NCBI GenBank assembly: GCA_018220935.1
Contig: JAAOXU010000015.1
Location: 2,255-66,254 of the forward strand
DNA: 64,000 nucleotides
Direction of reading: 5' to 3'
Source: Candidatus Altiarchaeota archaeon
GTDB lineage: Archaea > SpSt-1190
Both the position numbers and the translations under genes were made by a program. Below the pieces are notes generated by a model. The model saw only the letters and a list, made by a program, of their open reading frames with translations, did no database searches and was not told where the DNA came from. This document shows positions 19,726-28,601 of the stretch, piece by piece (position 1 is the first letter of the stretch; every line of letters begins with the position of its first letter).

Positions 19726-20560
19726 GAGTTATGAAGAAATAAGGCTTCTAGAAGAAGCAACTAAGCGTTTTAGTAGTGTTAGCTATTTTCCCATACCTCA
19801 GGTGGTAGTTGAGATGGAAGGTGAAAGTTTTAAGTTGACACACAAAAACAAAAACTTACTTGACTATGATGTTATTTTACCTCGAATGCCAAGATCTTAC
19901 AAGACTTTTGGAACCACCTTACTTCACTTCCTAAATAAAGCCGGTAAATCGTTACCAATTGAACCTTGGGCAGTTGTCGCTAGTCATAATAAATTTTTAA
20001 CATTGGCTATGCTTCAAGAAGGCGGGATCCCAATTCCAGAAACTTATATGGGATTAAAAAGGGGTGTAGTTGAAGATGTATTGTCAACTATGAATTACCC
20101 AGCAGTCCTAAAACTTTTGTATGGTTCTATGGGTGTTGGCGTTATGTTTGCAGATTCAAAACAGTCGGCAATTAGTATAATTGATGCTATGGAACGTTTC
20201 AATGAACCAATTTTTGTTGAAGATTTTATCCCACCTGGGAATGTTGACATACGTGCATATGTAATAAACGGCAAAGTTGTTGCTAGTATGAAGCGTATTG
20301 CAAAAGAGGATGAGAGACGTGCTAATATTGGTATGGGTGGAGAAGGTCATGTTTACAAATTAACTAGTAAAGAAAAAAAGCTAGCACTAAAATCTGCTGA
20401 GCTTATGGGTTGTAAAATTTGTGGTGTTGATATTATGCCAAGTCCGGATGGTCCAGTAGTAATTGAGACTAATGTTAATGCTCAATTTAAGGGAATTGAA
20501 AAAGCAACCAAAAAGAATATTGCAGGCAATATTATTGACTTTTTAGCAAGGGGTGTTTAA
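19694..20560 (+). CDS. RimK-family alpha-L-glutamate ligase (ATP-grasp)
   Basis: NKFLTL..L...GIPIPET, YPAVLK..GSMGVGV, DIRAYV, RANIGMGG, GVDI, IETN. Confidence 0.92.
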   Translation: MKLAILGPLSRSYEEIRLLEEATKRFSSVSYFPIPQVVVEMEGESFKLTHKNKNLLDYDVILPRMPRSYKTFGTTLLHFLNKAGKSLPIEPWAVVASHNKFLTLAMLQEGGIPIPETYMGLKRGVVEDVLSTMNYPAVLKLLYGSMGVGVMFADSKQSAISIIDAMERFNEPIFVEDFIPPGNVDIRAYVINGKVVASMKRIAKEDERRANIGMGGEGHVYKLTSKEKKLALKSAELMGCKICGVDIMPSPDGPVVIETNVNAQFKGIEKATKKNIAGNIIDFLARGV

Positions 20561-21286
20561 TTGCAAAGCAAATGGATAGGAAAATCAATCGAATATCATA
20601 TTGGAAAAGAGCCCATTTTATTTGTTGCACCTCATAGGGGGGAGATCCAAGTTGAAATTAAAGACGGTGACAAGACAAGAAAAATTCAAATTGGTGAAGT
20701 TGGAACTGGCCATCTTGTAAAACTAGCAGCAAAAGAAGTTGGGGGTTCATATATTGTGGTTTATGTTCCAAGACTTAAAGCCGACTTTGCAAGAGACCCT
20801 AAACTTTTAGGGAAGGGTGAAACATTTAGACAGAAGTTACATGGAAAAAAATTCTGGTTTGAAAGTCATAAAGATACTAAATACAAAAAAATGATTGACG
20901 ATTTTCATAAATTAATACGAAAAATAAATCCTAAGTTCGTAATTGATATACATAATATGGGTAGTAGTAACGAGGATGCAAGACTTGGTTTTGGGAAAGA
21001 TAGAAGATACATTAATGGCACGCGTAATGCACTTCAGTTTAGGGATGAGCTTGTCAGTAGGCTTGATGAAAAGATGCATATACTTGTAAGTAAGACTGAA
21101 CTTACGGGTGAGAGTGAATATATTTTGTATAAATATGAAAAAGGTAGACTTGCAATGTTAATTGAATTATCCAGTTCCTTGGGTCTTAATAGAAAAAAAG
21201 GCGTGTACGATGAGAAGTTTCAAACCCTAATTAAAGAAGTTGCAAAATTAGCAAGAGAGTGGATTACAAAAGAAAACCTGCAATAG
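20561..21286 (+). CDS. N-formylglutamate amidohydrolase / Zn-exopeptidase-fold hydrolase
   Basis: LFVAPHRG, GEVGT, PRLKADFAR, VIDIHNM, DARLGFG, AMLIEL; TTG start directly after the rimK-like stop codon. Confidence 0.65.
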   Translation: MQSKWIGKSIEYHIGKEPILFVAPHRGEIQVEIKDGDKTRKIQIGEVGTGHLVKLAAKEVGGSYIVVYVPRLKADFARDPKLLGKGETFRQKLHGKKFWFESHKDTKYKKMIDDFHKLIRKINPKFVIDIHNMGSSNEDARLGFGKDRRYINGTRNALQFRDELVSRLDEKMHILVSKTELTGESEYILYKYEKGRLAMLIELSSSLGLNRKKGVYDEKFQTLIKEVAKLAREWITKENLQ

Positions 21287-21974
21287 TAAGCCCAAAACTA
21301 CTAAGTCCTGAAGTTATTACTGAAACAGTATACCAAAATCGTAGAGTTTTTTCACTCTTATCTGAAATTATGTAAATCTCTCCGTCCCCCATCATTAAGT
21401 CTTTCCAACCCTCAACTGATGTTGCATCCTTTACAAATGGATTGTCTTTGATATTACCTATAATAAAAAGTTCTTGATTTGGTTTAACGACTGTTTCCGT
21501 TTTTGTTACACTAATACCCCTCTTAACTGTGCTCTTAGTGCCAAAAGCTGCACCCTTAGTGTCACACAGAAGTTGACCCGTTCCATCGTCAAGATAAAAA
21601 TATCCGTCTTTTCTATCAACTTTAGCATTTGTTATAAGATTAGTCTTGTAACTCCTGTTTTTACTGTGAATTCTATATTCATATGCATAGCATTTAGTCT
21701 TTGTCAGTGGACTGATTAATTTAGTCTCACCAACTGTCTTACCTTTAATTTCAGATAAACCAATTGCGACTGATCTAATTTTTGAAGTAGGAATGGCTTC
21801 TAAGAAATTTTTAACCTTATAAGAAATAAATAAGAGAACGACGGATAAAGCTGCCCCTATTCCAAAAACCCATGCTTCACCCATCTCTCCGTACATATGC
21901 AATGTACCCCAAACTACTGCAAGTTGGAGTCCTAGTGTTGAGTAAGGTCCAAGTTTAGAAAGAAATTTTAACAT
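21264..21974 (-). CDS. GIDE-domain membrane protein (LemA-associated)
   Basis: PTSKIRSVAIGLSEIKG, LISPLTKTKC, FYLDDGTG, IISDKSE; ATG 21974 overlaps the lemA end. Confidence 0.8.
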   Translation of the reverse strand: MLKFLSKLGPYSTLGLQLAVVWGTLHMYGEMGEAWVFGIGAALSVVLLFISYKVKNFLEAIPTSKIRSVAIGLSEIKGKTVGETKLISPLTKTKCYAYEYRIHSKNRSYKTNLITNAKVDRKDGYFYLDDGTGQLLCDTKGAAFGTKSTVKRGISVTKTETVVKPNQELFIIGNIKDNPFVKDATSVEGWKDLMMGDGEIYIISDKSEKTLRFWYTVSVITSGLSSFGLTIAGFLL

Positions 21975-22506
21975 CTTTCTTTTCCTCTGCACTCGCCTTA
22001 AACATCTCTTTTTCTTTAAACCCTGTTAGACTTGCAACTAAAGAAGAAGGTATACTCTGAACCTTATTATTAAACTCAAACACAGTTGAGTTGTAACCTT
22101 CTCTCCTATCACTGATTTCGTTTTCAAGGGAACTAATTCTCCCCTGAAGGTGTTTGAAGTTTTCATTGGCTTTTAAGTCTGGATAATTTTCTGCAACAGC
22201 AAAAAGATTCATGAGTGGTGCATTCATCTGTGAATTCACTGCTAACTTTTCTTGAGTTGTGGCTGCCCCTTCAAAGGCCTTTCGTAACTTAGTGACTTCC
22301 ATTAAAGTTTTCTTTTCATATTTTTTATATCCTTTTATGGTGTCAATAAGTTTACCAATTTCATCATACCGCTGCTTTAACATAACATCAATATTTGACG
22401 CAGCCCTACTAATGCTGTTTCTCATGACAATAAAGCCATTATATGCCATTACAAAATATAACAAAACTAGGCCGCTTGCGACCCCTAAAATAATTCCTAA
22501 AACCAT
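21955..22506 (-). CDS. lemA: LemA family protein
   Basis: N-terminal TM, IDVMLKQRYD, AVAENYPDLKANENF, LENEISDRREGYN. Confidence 0.95.
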   Translation of the reverse strand: MVLGIILGVASGLVLLYFVMAYNGFIVMRNSISRAASNIDVMLKQRYDEIGKLIDTIKGYKKYEKKTLMEVTKLRKAFEGAATTQEKLAVNSQMNAPLMNLFAVAENYPDLKANENFKHLQGRISSLENEISDRREGYNSTVFEFNNKVQSIPSSLVASLTGFKEKEMFKASAEEKKDVKISF

Positions 22507-22526
22507 AATAAACTAGGGATGTGTAC

Positions 22527-23282
22527 CTATTTATCTTTTATTTCTATAGCAACAGGTGCGTGATCTGAGCCTAATACATCTTTCATGATCCATGCCTTTT
22601 TTAGACTAGCTTCAAATTCTTTATTAACCACAAAATAATCAATTCGCCACCCTATGTTTTTTTGCCTTGCACTAAACCGATAAGTCCACCAACTATAATC
22701 TTCGCTTTTTGGGTTTTTTAATCTAAAAGTATCAAGATATCCGGCATCTAAAAGTTCATTCATCCACTCTCTTTCTTCTTTAGTGTACCCTGAATTCCCT
22801 TCATTGTTTTTTGGCCTTGCAATGTCTTGTGGGGTATGAGCAACATTTAGATCTCCACACAAAATTACAGGTTTAGTTTTTTTAAGTTTATTCAAATGTT
22901 TTAACATCAAGTTATTAAACTCTAACTTGAAGTCGAGTCGAGTTAACTCCCTTTGCGAATTTGGAAAATATGCATTGACAAGATAAAATTCGTCAAACTC
23001 TAGGGTTGTTACTCTCCCCTCTTTGTCAAACTGCGCTTCACCTAATCCATGAGTATAACTTCTTGGTTTTATTTTGGTAAATATGGCAGTTCCCGCATAA
23101 CCTTTTTTTTCGGCTGGGTTCCAAAACACTTTGTAATTAAAACCAATTGGAAAGTGTGGAACTTCATGACTTTTAATTTCTTGTAAACCTATAATGTCTG
23201 GTTTTTCTTTTTCTAAAAATTCATAAAAACCCTTTTTCACAGACGCCCTAAAACCATTAACATTCCAAGAGATTAGTTTCAC
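22527..23282 (-). CDS. xth: Exodeoxyribonuclease III
   Basis: ISWNVNG, LQEIK, KGYAG, YFPNS, GDLNVAH, GWRIDYF, GSDHAP. Confidence 0.96.
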   Translation of the reverse strand: MKLISWNVNGFRASVKKGFYEFLEKEKPDIIGLQEIKSHEVPHFPIGFNYKVFWNPAEKKGYAGTAIFTKIKPRSYTHGLGEAQFDKEGRVTTLEFDEFYLVNAYFPNSQRELTRLDFKLEFNNLMLKHLNKLKKTKPVILCGDLNVAHTPQDIARPKNNEGNSGYTKEEREWMNELLDAGYLDTFRLKNPKSEDYSWWTYRFSARQKNIGWRIDYFVVNKEFEASLKKAWIMKDVLGSDHAPVAIEIKDK

Positions 23283-23377
23283 TTAAAACATCATCTGATA
23301 AGTTAATATATTTTCTGACGAATTATTTTTTAGGACTAAAGAATACTTTAGTCAAACAACGTACGTTATATAGACAG

Positions 23378-23406
23378 AAATCGAACCCCTTATATACGTT
23401 CGATTT
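23378..23406 (+). promoter_or_regulatory. TATA box enclosed by a perfect 9-bp inverted repeat (putative operator) upstream of HMG-CoA synthase
   Basis: AAATCGAAC-cccTTATATAc-GTTCGATTT; TATA ends 21 nt before ATG 23418. Confidence 0.55.
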
Positions 23407-23417
23407 ATTCTAAAAGA

Positions 23418-24800
23418 ATGGGTGGTATTGATGATATCTACATCTATTTGCCTAATTATTATTTAGATATAGATGAAGGTACTAAAGTTTTTGAGAAAAA
23501 AAAACAACCCCACGTTTCTATGACTGCTGAAAAATTTAAGGGCCTGGTCTCAAAAGGTTTAGGTGTGACCAAAATATCTGTAGCATATGGTGAGGATGTC
23601 ACATCAATGACACTAAACGCCTTTGAAAAATTATCTGAGGCTGTTGATTTTAGTGATGTAACTCGTGTTATTGTGTCTTCTGAAACGCCTGACGATTTAT
23701 CAAAACCAAAGTCGTCTAAAATACCTGGGCGTTTTGGTGTTGGCAATAATGTAATTGCATATGATACTTATTTTGCTTGTTTAGCTGGGGTTGCAAGTCT
23801 AGTGGATTCAGTTAAAATTTATGACTTGTCTGGTGAAAAAACTGCAGGGGCTGCAGGAGATATTTCTGAATATAGTCTAAATAGTGATAATACTTCAATT
23901 TCTGCAGATCTTACTGGTGGTGCTGGTGTTGCTGCCTTTAAGGTTGGTGAGGGTGATCTTTTAGGTGTGGGGGAAAGTGGGGTTTATACCTCAGACCAAT
24001 ATGACTTTTCTAAGCCAAAAGTTAGTACAAGTACTAGTGGGACTCTAGGTGAACCGGGTTTTGTTGAAACTGTCAATTTCACACAATTTCCAGTTGTATT
24101 TGGTGGTTTTTCTGAATTAATTTACTTTAAACATGTTGGTGAAGCGTATCGTAATTTAAAATCAAAAATTAATTCAAATCTCAGTGATTTCAAACTTGTC
24201 GCATTTCATATTCCATATCCAGGTATAACAAAACACGCCTTTAGATATTTACAGGCAATTGATAATGGCACTGATGGTGAAATAACCGACATTTTAGATT
24301 CACTCACCCCTCTTGATAGTTTTGAGACGAGTTTAGATCTTGAAACTTATTTATCGAGTGAAGTTGAAATTAAAAGAAAACACACTAAATCGAGACTCAA
24401 GGAGATGTTTAGTACTAAAACTGATCAAGATCTTTATGCGTCTCTTGTAGGACCAACACTAACGTACTCTGCGGAAGTAGGTAATCTTTATACTGGGTCA
24501 ACTTTCCTTTCAATTGCAAGTGGGCTAGTTCATGGGGATTATAGTGCTGATGATAAAATTTTAACAATTGGATACGGCAGTGGCTCTAGTGCAATTGCTA
24601 CTGAGATGACTATTACTGAAAAGACTAGAGATATAGCTAATGGTTGGGATTTAGGAAAACGAATGGAGTCAAGACAACAACTAACAGCTGAAGAATACTT
24701 AGATTATAGAGACAACAATATTTCAAATTCAACCATGTTAGATCAATGGTCACTTAATTGTGCCTTGGATCAAGGTATTCCAATATATGCAAAAATATAA
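23418..24800 (+). CDS. Hydroxymethylglutaryl-CoA synthase family protein (divergent, long form)
   Basis: Catalytic E (SSETPDDLSKP), C (FACLAG), H (FHIPY), plus GGAG, YDFSKP, VGNLYTGS, GYGSG. Confidence 0.8.
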   Translation: MGGIDDIYIYLPNYYLDIDEGTKVFEKKKQPHVSMTAEKFKGLVSKGLGVTKISVAYGEDVTSMTLNAFEKLSEAVDFSDVTRVIVSSETPDDLSKPKSSKIPGRFGVGNNVIAYDTYFACLAGVASLVDSVKIYDLSGEKTAGAAGDISEYSLNSDNTSISADLTGGAGVAAFKVGEGDLLGVGESGVYTSDQYDFSKPKVSTSTSGTLGEPGFVETVNFTQFPVVFGGFSELIYFKHVGEAYRNLKSKINSNLSDFKLVAFHIPYPGITKHAFRYLQAIDNGTDGEITDILDSLTPLDSFETSLDLETYLSSEVEIKRKHTKSRLKEMFSTKTDQDLYASLVGPTLTYSAEVGNLYTGSTFLSIASGLVHGDYSADDKILTIGYGSGSSAIATEMTITEKTRDIANGWDLGKRMESRQQLTAEEYLDYRDNNISNSTMLDQWSLNCALDQGIPIYAKI

Positions 24801-24840
24801 AAAAAGGTCCTGCCGGATTTTTTACGGCAAGGATTTTATT

Positions 24841-25044
24841 TTATTTGAATACTTTCATTAAAGGTTTTGACATGGCTAGTGCACCTAGTGCTGCATACCA
24901 GTACCAATCTAGACTAAGTATTGGGGTCCAGAGTTTTGCAATCATTAAAGTGAATGCCGCCACACTGAGTTTTATTGCTTTTATGTCCCAAATATCTAAT
25001 GTCTTAATTTTGTTGTTTGCCCATTCTATATATCCACTTAACAT
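24841..25044 (-). CDS. Small 2-TM membrane protein
   Basis: WDIKAIKLSVAAFTLMIAK...WYWY pattern; hydrophobic 67 aa. Confidence 0.7.
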   Translation of the reverse strand: MLSGYIEWANNKIKTLDIWDIKAIKLSVAAFTLMIAKLWTPILSLDWYWYAALGALAMSKPLMKVFK

Positions 25045-25088
25045 ATCTTTAAGGCGAGTTTTGGGTATTTATGCGTTTTACTAAAAAT

Positions 25089-25733
25089 TTATACTGTGTA
25101 TGAACGCATATTGGGGGTGTATTCCCCACGGCTTTCAAGAACCTGCTTTGTTACAGCTAACCACTTATTACTTTGATACATGTCCTCAACGGTCCAAATT
25201 CCCCACCACGCTTTTTCTCCACTATCATTTCTTTGCTGTGCAAGTGAGGGTTCCTCAATCATCTTTGGTTCGTGATATTCAACAATTCCTGGGCTAAGAT
25301 ACCAACCCCAGTCTTTTTTACTTCTATAATCTTTTCTGCTGTGACGTCTTACTCGAATTAAGTTTTCACCCTTAAATTCTAAACCCATAGCTTTTACTAC
25401 GTTTCTTACTGCGATGTCTTGTATGTGTGTTGAGTTTGATTCTTGATGTGTATAATCGTGTTTAGAATTAATATTACTAATATTGTTATCATATACGTCT
25501 GAAGCACTTTCTAAAAGTTCTTTCCAGATTTCTGGATTCTTTTTGGCGTGTTCTAAATAGGCTCCTTCATATTTCTCACAAATCTCTAAAAAATCAAGTA
25601 TTTGGTCCCCATATGTCCAAATTCGGTCCCAATTGTCTTTTCCGTAAATATCATTCCATAGTTCGTGTCTTTTAGCTTTAGATTTACCTGAAAAACCTGG
25701 CCTTTCAACTAAAACCCATTCAGTCATATTCAC
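25089..25733 (-). CDS. Hypothetical protein with enzyme-like polar motifs
   Basis: 214-aa ORF, GTG start 22 nt after TATA; RPG, DVYD, THIQD, LSPG, EDMYQSNK. Confidence 0.75.
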   Translation of the reverse strand: MNMTEWVLVERPGFSGKSKAKRHELWNDIYGKDNWDRIWTYGDQILDFLEICEKYEGAYLEHAKKNPEIWKELLESASDVYDNNISNINSKHDYTHQESNSTHIQDIAVRNVVKAMGLEFKGENLIRVRRHSRKDYRSKKDWGWYLSPGIVEYHEPKMIEEPSLAQQRNDSGEKAWWGIWTVEDMYQSNKWLAVTKQVLESRGEYTPNMRSYTV

Positions 25734-25808
25734 AATATTACAAGGTTCTTTTTAGTTTAAGAAACTACCCATCAGTAACTATATAAGATAAAAATTCCTT
25801 AGTCTTTA

Positions 25809-26963
25809 ATGGGGTCTAATGGGTCTGTGGGTGAACTTTTTAATGATTGGGACAAAAAGGGAATGACCAAAAAAGATGTTGTAGTACAAAGATACAAAGA
25901 TATGTTTGAAGGCCACCCTTTGGATGAAATACATGTTGATATTTCACCTTTTGAGGGTATAGACCGCATAGATAAGTTTCCTATTGGTGCTAAAACATAT
26001 GATTATGACCGCGATGCGGCACATCTAAAGTATCAAACGATGTCCCCTTCAATAAGCAGTAAAATGAGAGTAATATCTGAAGAACTTAATATTGACTTTT
26101 CAGAAACTGATAATTATCGAGACGTCAGACGAGTCCTTAATGAACTAGGGGAAAAGCACACTAACCCAAGTATACTCATTTGGGGTCCACGCATAGTTCA
26201 ATCTTACCTCAAAAGAAAACTTTTCTTAAAAAAACCAACCACTTTTTTTGTTAGAAAAGACGATAATGGTTTTAGCCAATTATCTATTGATGGTGATGAT
26301 GTTAGGAGATTTCAAGAATCTGTTACTGTTGATGAAAAAACCACACTTTCAACTCACGTAACTCAGTTGAGTGTTAATGATGTTGTTGTGAACGTTATTT
26401 ATTTTCCCATTATACCTTATGGGCAGTTAGCTCAAGATGTAGTTAGTGCTTTCAAACCACAAGTAGTTATACCCGTGTCATCTGCTGGATATTTTGGGGA
26501 TCTGAATCAAAATTCTGCACTTCCAATAAAAACACTCCTACATTATCAAGACGGTAACCTTATTGATGTTGGAACTATTTCAAATAACGGCATTATTGAT
26601 ATCACGGTTGATAGTCCTATTGAGGAAGATGAACGCTTTAGGGATACCGTTACGGAATATTTTGACTCTCTAGTTTCACACGGAAATTTAAGTACAAAGT
26701 ATCGTGAGGTGACGGGTAATTTGACTGATGAACCTATTCGAGTAACTGTTGGTTGTGAGAATGCTCACGCTCAATATGGTCTCTCAGATAATTCAGATGC
26801 TAGATTATTTCCTTTGAGTTATGCAACTGACAATATTGCAACCCTCGAACCATATGATGGTGTAACTGCTAATAGGGGTGGTAAGAAAAATGTGTGTGAT
26901 GATTCTCTTGCAATTGTAAGAGCCTTGGCATATGAATTGGCACTTGAGGGAAAAATGTTCTAA
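25809..26963 (+). CDS. Hypothetical protein, possible divergent nucleoside phosphorylase fold
   Basis: VIPVSSAG, TVDSP..E, VGCEN, YATDN line up with the GxAG / xxE / vsD elements of PNP_UDP_1 enzymes; weak. Confidence 0.55.
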   Translation: MGSNGSVGELFNDWDKKGMTKKDVVVQRYKDMFEGHPLDEIHVDISPFEGIDRIDKFPIGAKTYDYDRDAAHLKYQTMSPSISSKMRVISEELNIDFSETDNYRDVRRVLNELGEKHTNPSILIWGPRIVQSYLKRKLFLKKPTTFFVRKDDNGFSQLSIDGDDVRRFQESVTVDEKTTLSTHVTQLSVNDVVVNVIYFPIIPYGQLAQDVVSAFKPQVVIPVSSAGYFGDLNQNSALPIKTLLHYQDGNLIDVGTISNNGIIDITVDSPIEEDERFRDTVTEYFDSLVSHGNLSTKYREVTGNLTDEPIRVTVGCENAHAQYGLSDNSDARLFPLSYATDNIATLEPYDGVTANRGGKKNVCDDSLAIVRALAYELALEGKMF

Positions 26964-27020
26964 TTTTCACAACTTAAATGTGAAAAGAAATTTCTAAATT
27001 GGATTGTATCTAAATTCTGA

Positions 27021-27134
27021 ATGGATAAATTGTCTGAGAATAATGGTTCATCTAACTTTGTAACGCTTTTAATTTTAGCTACAATTGTTGGTGGATTAAT
27101 TGTTGCACTTATCTATATTTTAAAAAATTTATGA
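27021..27134 (+). CDS. 37-aa single-TM small protein (not in ORF track)
   Basis: MDKLSENNGSSNFVTLLILATIVGGLIVALIYILKNL*; fills the intergenic gap, TATA-like element about 22 nt upstream. Confidence 0.6.
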   Translation: MDKLSENNGSSNFVTLLILATIVGGLIVALIYILKNL

Positions 27135-28175
27135 ATTAGTTTGATTTAACACAAAGTCAATAAGACTACTAACTAATTCTTTTACATATTCGTTCTTGAA
27201 TTCATAATCATCATACGCTGTGCTAATTATTGTTCTTGCTTGCATTTTTGATTCATCAACTGCCCCTGAATCTAAAACATATTGCTTAACCATTTTAACG
27301 TCCTCATACGCGCGAGACTTTTTTGAGTATATGTTAATTAATTCGTCATATTTTTGTGGGTTGTCGTCTTTATAGATTTCAAGTGCTTTTAAGAGTGGTA
27401 AGGTCTTTTTACCTTCTAAAATGTCTGTTTTTGTGTCTTTTGTTGGGTTATCACTCCAGGTACTCAATACATCATCCATAATCTGAAAACTAACTCCTAA
27501 TGCGTTTCCAATTTTTCTTAAGCCTGGATTCCTTTTTCCAATAACTGAAGTGTATCCGTTTTCGAGTGAGAATCCAATTAAACTTCCCGTTTTTCCCAAA
27601 ATCATGTCCATGTATTCATCTTGAGTTGGCATATAGTCACTTTGGCTCCACAATAAATCTAGATGTTGACCTTTTGCAAGTTCAATACACATATTGTAAT
27701 ACGCGTTCCTAACTTCTTGATGTTCTCTATTAATCAATTTACCTGCTTTAAAATAGAGATAATCTCCTACATTGTTGGCGAGTTCTTCCCCGTACATTTC
27801 ATGTAAGGTTGGTTTCCCTCTCCTAGTTTTTGAGTGATCTTCAATATCATCATGAATAAGTGTTGCAGTGTGTAATACCTCAACTGCGGGTGTTAGCTTA
27901 GTCAACAATTTTTCAATTAACTGTGCATATTCATTTGATTTATCGTCTACCATCCCTGCTTCATATCCCCCAATTAGTGTTAGTATTGGCCTTATGAGTT
28001 TACTATCTCTTAAAAAATACTCATTACTCATTTTTTCTAAGTCTGGATCATCTTCAATTAAATTGGTTAAAATGAGTTGCTTAATCTGTGGTCCCTTTGA
28101 CTTTGAAAATTCTTTTATTTTTGATACTGTTTGAGGGTCTTGAAAATTTTGGATTGCTTTAAGTTTGCTAACCAC
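27129..28175 (-). CDS. trans-polyprenyl diphosphate synthase (GGPP synthase/IdsA family)
   Basis: KLIRP, EVLHTATLIHDDIED...RRG (FARM), GQHLD, KTG, FQIMDDVLS (SARM variant), DILEGKKTLP. Confidence 0.92.
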   Translation of the reverse strand: MVSKLKAIQNFQDPQTVSKIKEFSKSKGPQIKQLILTNLIEDDPDLEKMSNEYFLRDSKLIRPILTLIGGYEAGMVDDKSNEYAQLIEKLLTKLTPAVEVLHTATLIHDDIEDHSKTRRGKPTLHEMYGEELANNVGDYLYFKAGKLINREHQEVRNAYYNMCIELAKGQHLDLLWSQSDYMPTQDEYMDMILGKTGSLIGFSLENGYTSVIGKRNPGLRKIGNALGVSFQIMDDVLSTWSDNPTKDTKTDILEGKKTLPLLKALEIYKDDNPQKYDELINIYSKKSRAYEDVKMVKQYVLDSGAVDESKMQARTIISTAYDDYEFKNEYVKELVSSLIDFVLNQTNS

Positions 28176-28205
28176 TTAATTTTGCTGTACGGACCTATAT
28201 AAAAA

Positions 28206-28295
28206 TTTGTTTTAAAAAAAAGTAAGAAAAAAAGAAAAAAATAACCATGAACTCTTCTGAAGAGCGAAAGCCACCTATAGGACAAGCCTACGGGT
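28206..28295 (-). terminator. Structured 3' UTR plus long U-tract terminator of the CxxC gene
   Basis: On - strand: ACCcGTAGG-CTTGT-CCTATaGGT and GCTCTT-CAG-AAGAGT hairpins, then TTTTTTCTTTTTTTCTTACTTTTTTTT. Confidence 0.6.
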
Positions 28296-28451
28296 TTACC
28301 TCTTTCTCTTCATGAAACAGTCTTTACAATAAACAGGTCTATCACCTGAAGGCTTGAATGGTACTTCGCATTCCTGTTTACACTCAGCACATGTTGCTTT
28401 ATGCATTTCTCTCGGACCGCCGAAGTTTCTTCCGCCTCTAAAGTCTCCCAT
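28296..28451 (-). CDS. CxxC-x17-CxxC zinc-ribbon protein, 51 aa (not in ORF track)
   Basis: MGDFRGGRNFGGPREMHKATCAECKQECEVPFKPSGDRPVYCKDCFMKRKR*; SD AGGAGG upstream. Confidence 0.93.
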   Translation of the reverse strand: MGDFRGGRNFGGPREMHKATCAECKQECEVPFKPSGDRPVYCKDCFMKRKR

Positions 28452-28473
28452 TTGGATTTCCTCCTAGATTCAG

Positions 28474-28492
28474 GTGTTTTTTATGCTTTATA
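28474..28492 (-). promoter_or_regulatory. Promoter motif TATAAAGCATAAAAAACAC (shared with DEAD-box helicase promoter)
   Basis: 18/19 identical to 48832-48850. Confidence 0.7.
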
Positions 28493-28601
28493 GACTTATC
28501 TACCCTTGTGTCCGTCCTTTATTTATTGCTAATTGGGACTCTCTAAGTCTCTTTAATTGCAGTTATTACTGTATTTTTCAATAAAATTTGAAAGCTGAGT
28601 T

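Noticed and set aside
21264..22506. LemA + GIDE pair as a novel system
   Set aside because: This pairing is already familiar in prokaryotic genomes.
27129..28175. Prenyltransferase as pseudogene because the second motif reads DDVLS
   Set aside because: ORF is intact with FARM, RRG, GQ, KT and KKT motifs; variation at the last SARM position alone is insufficient.
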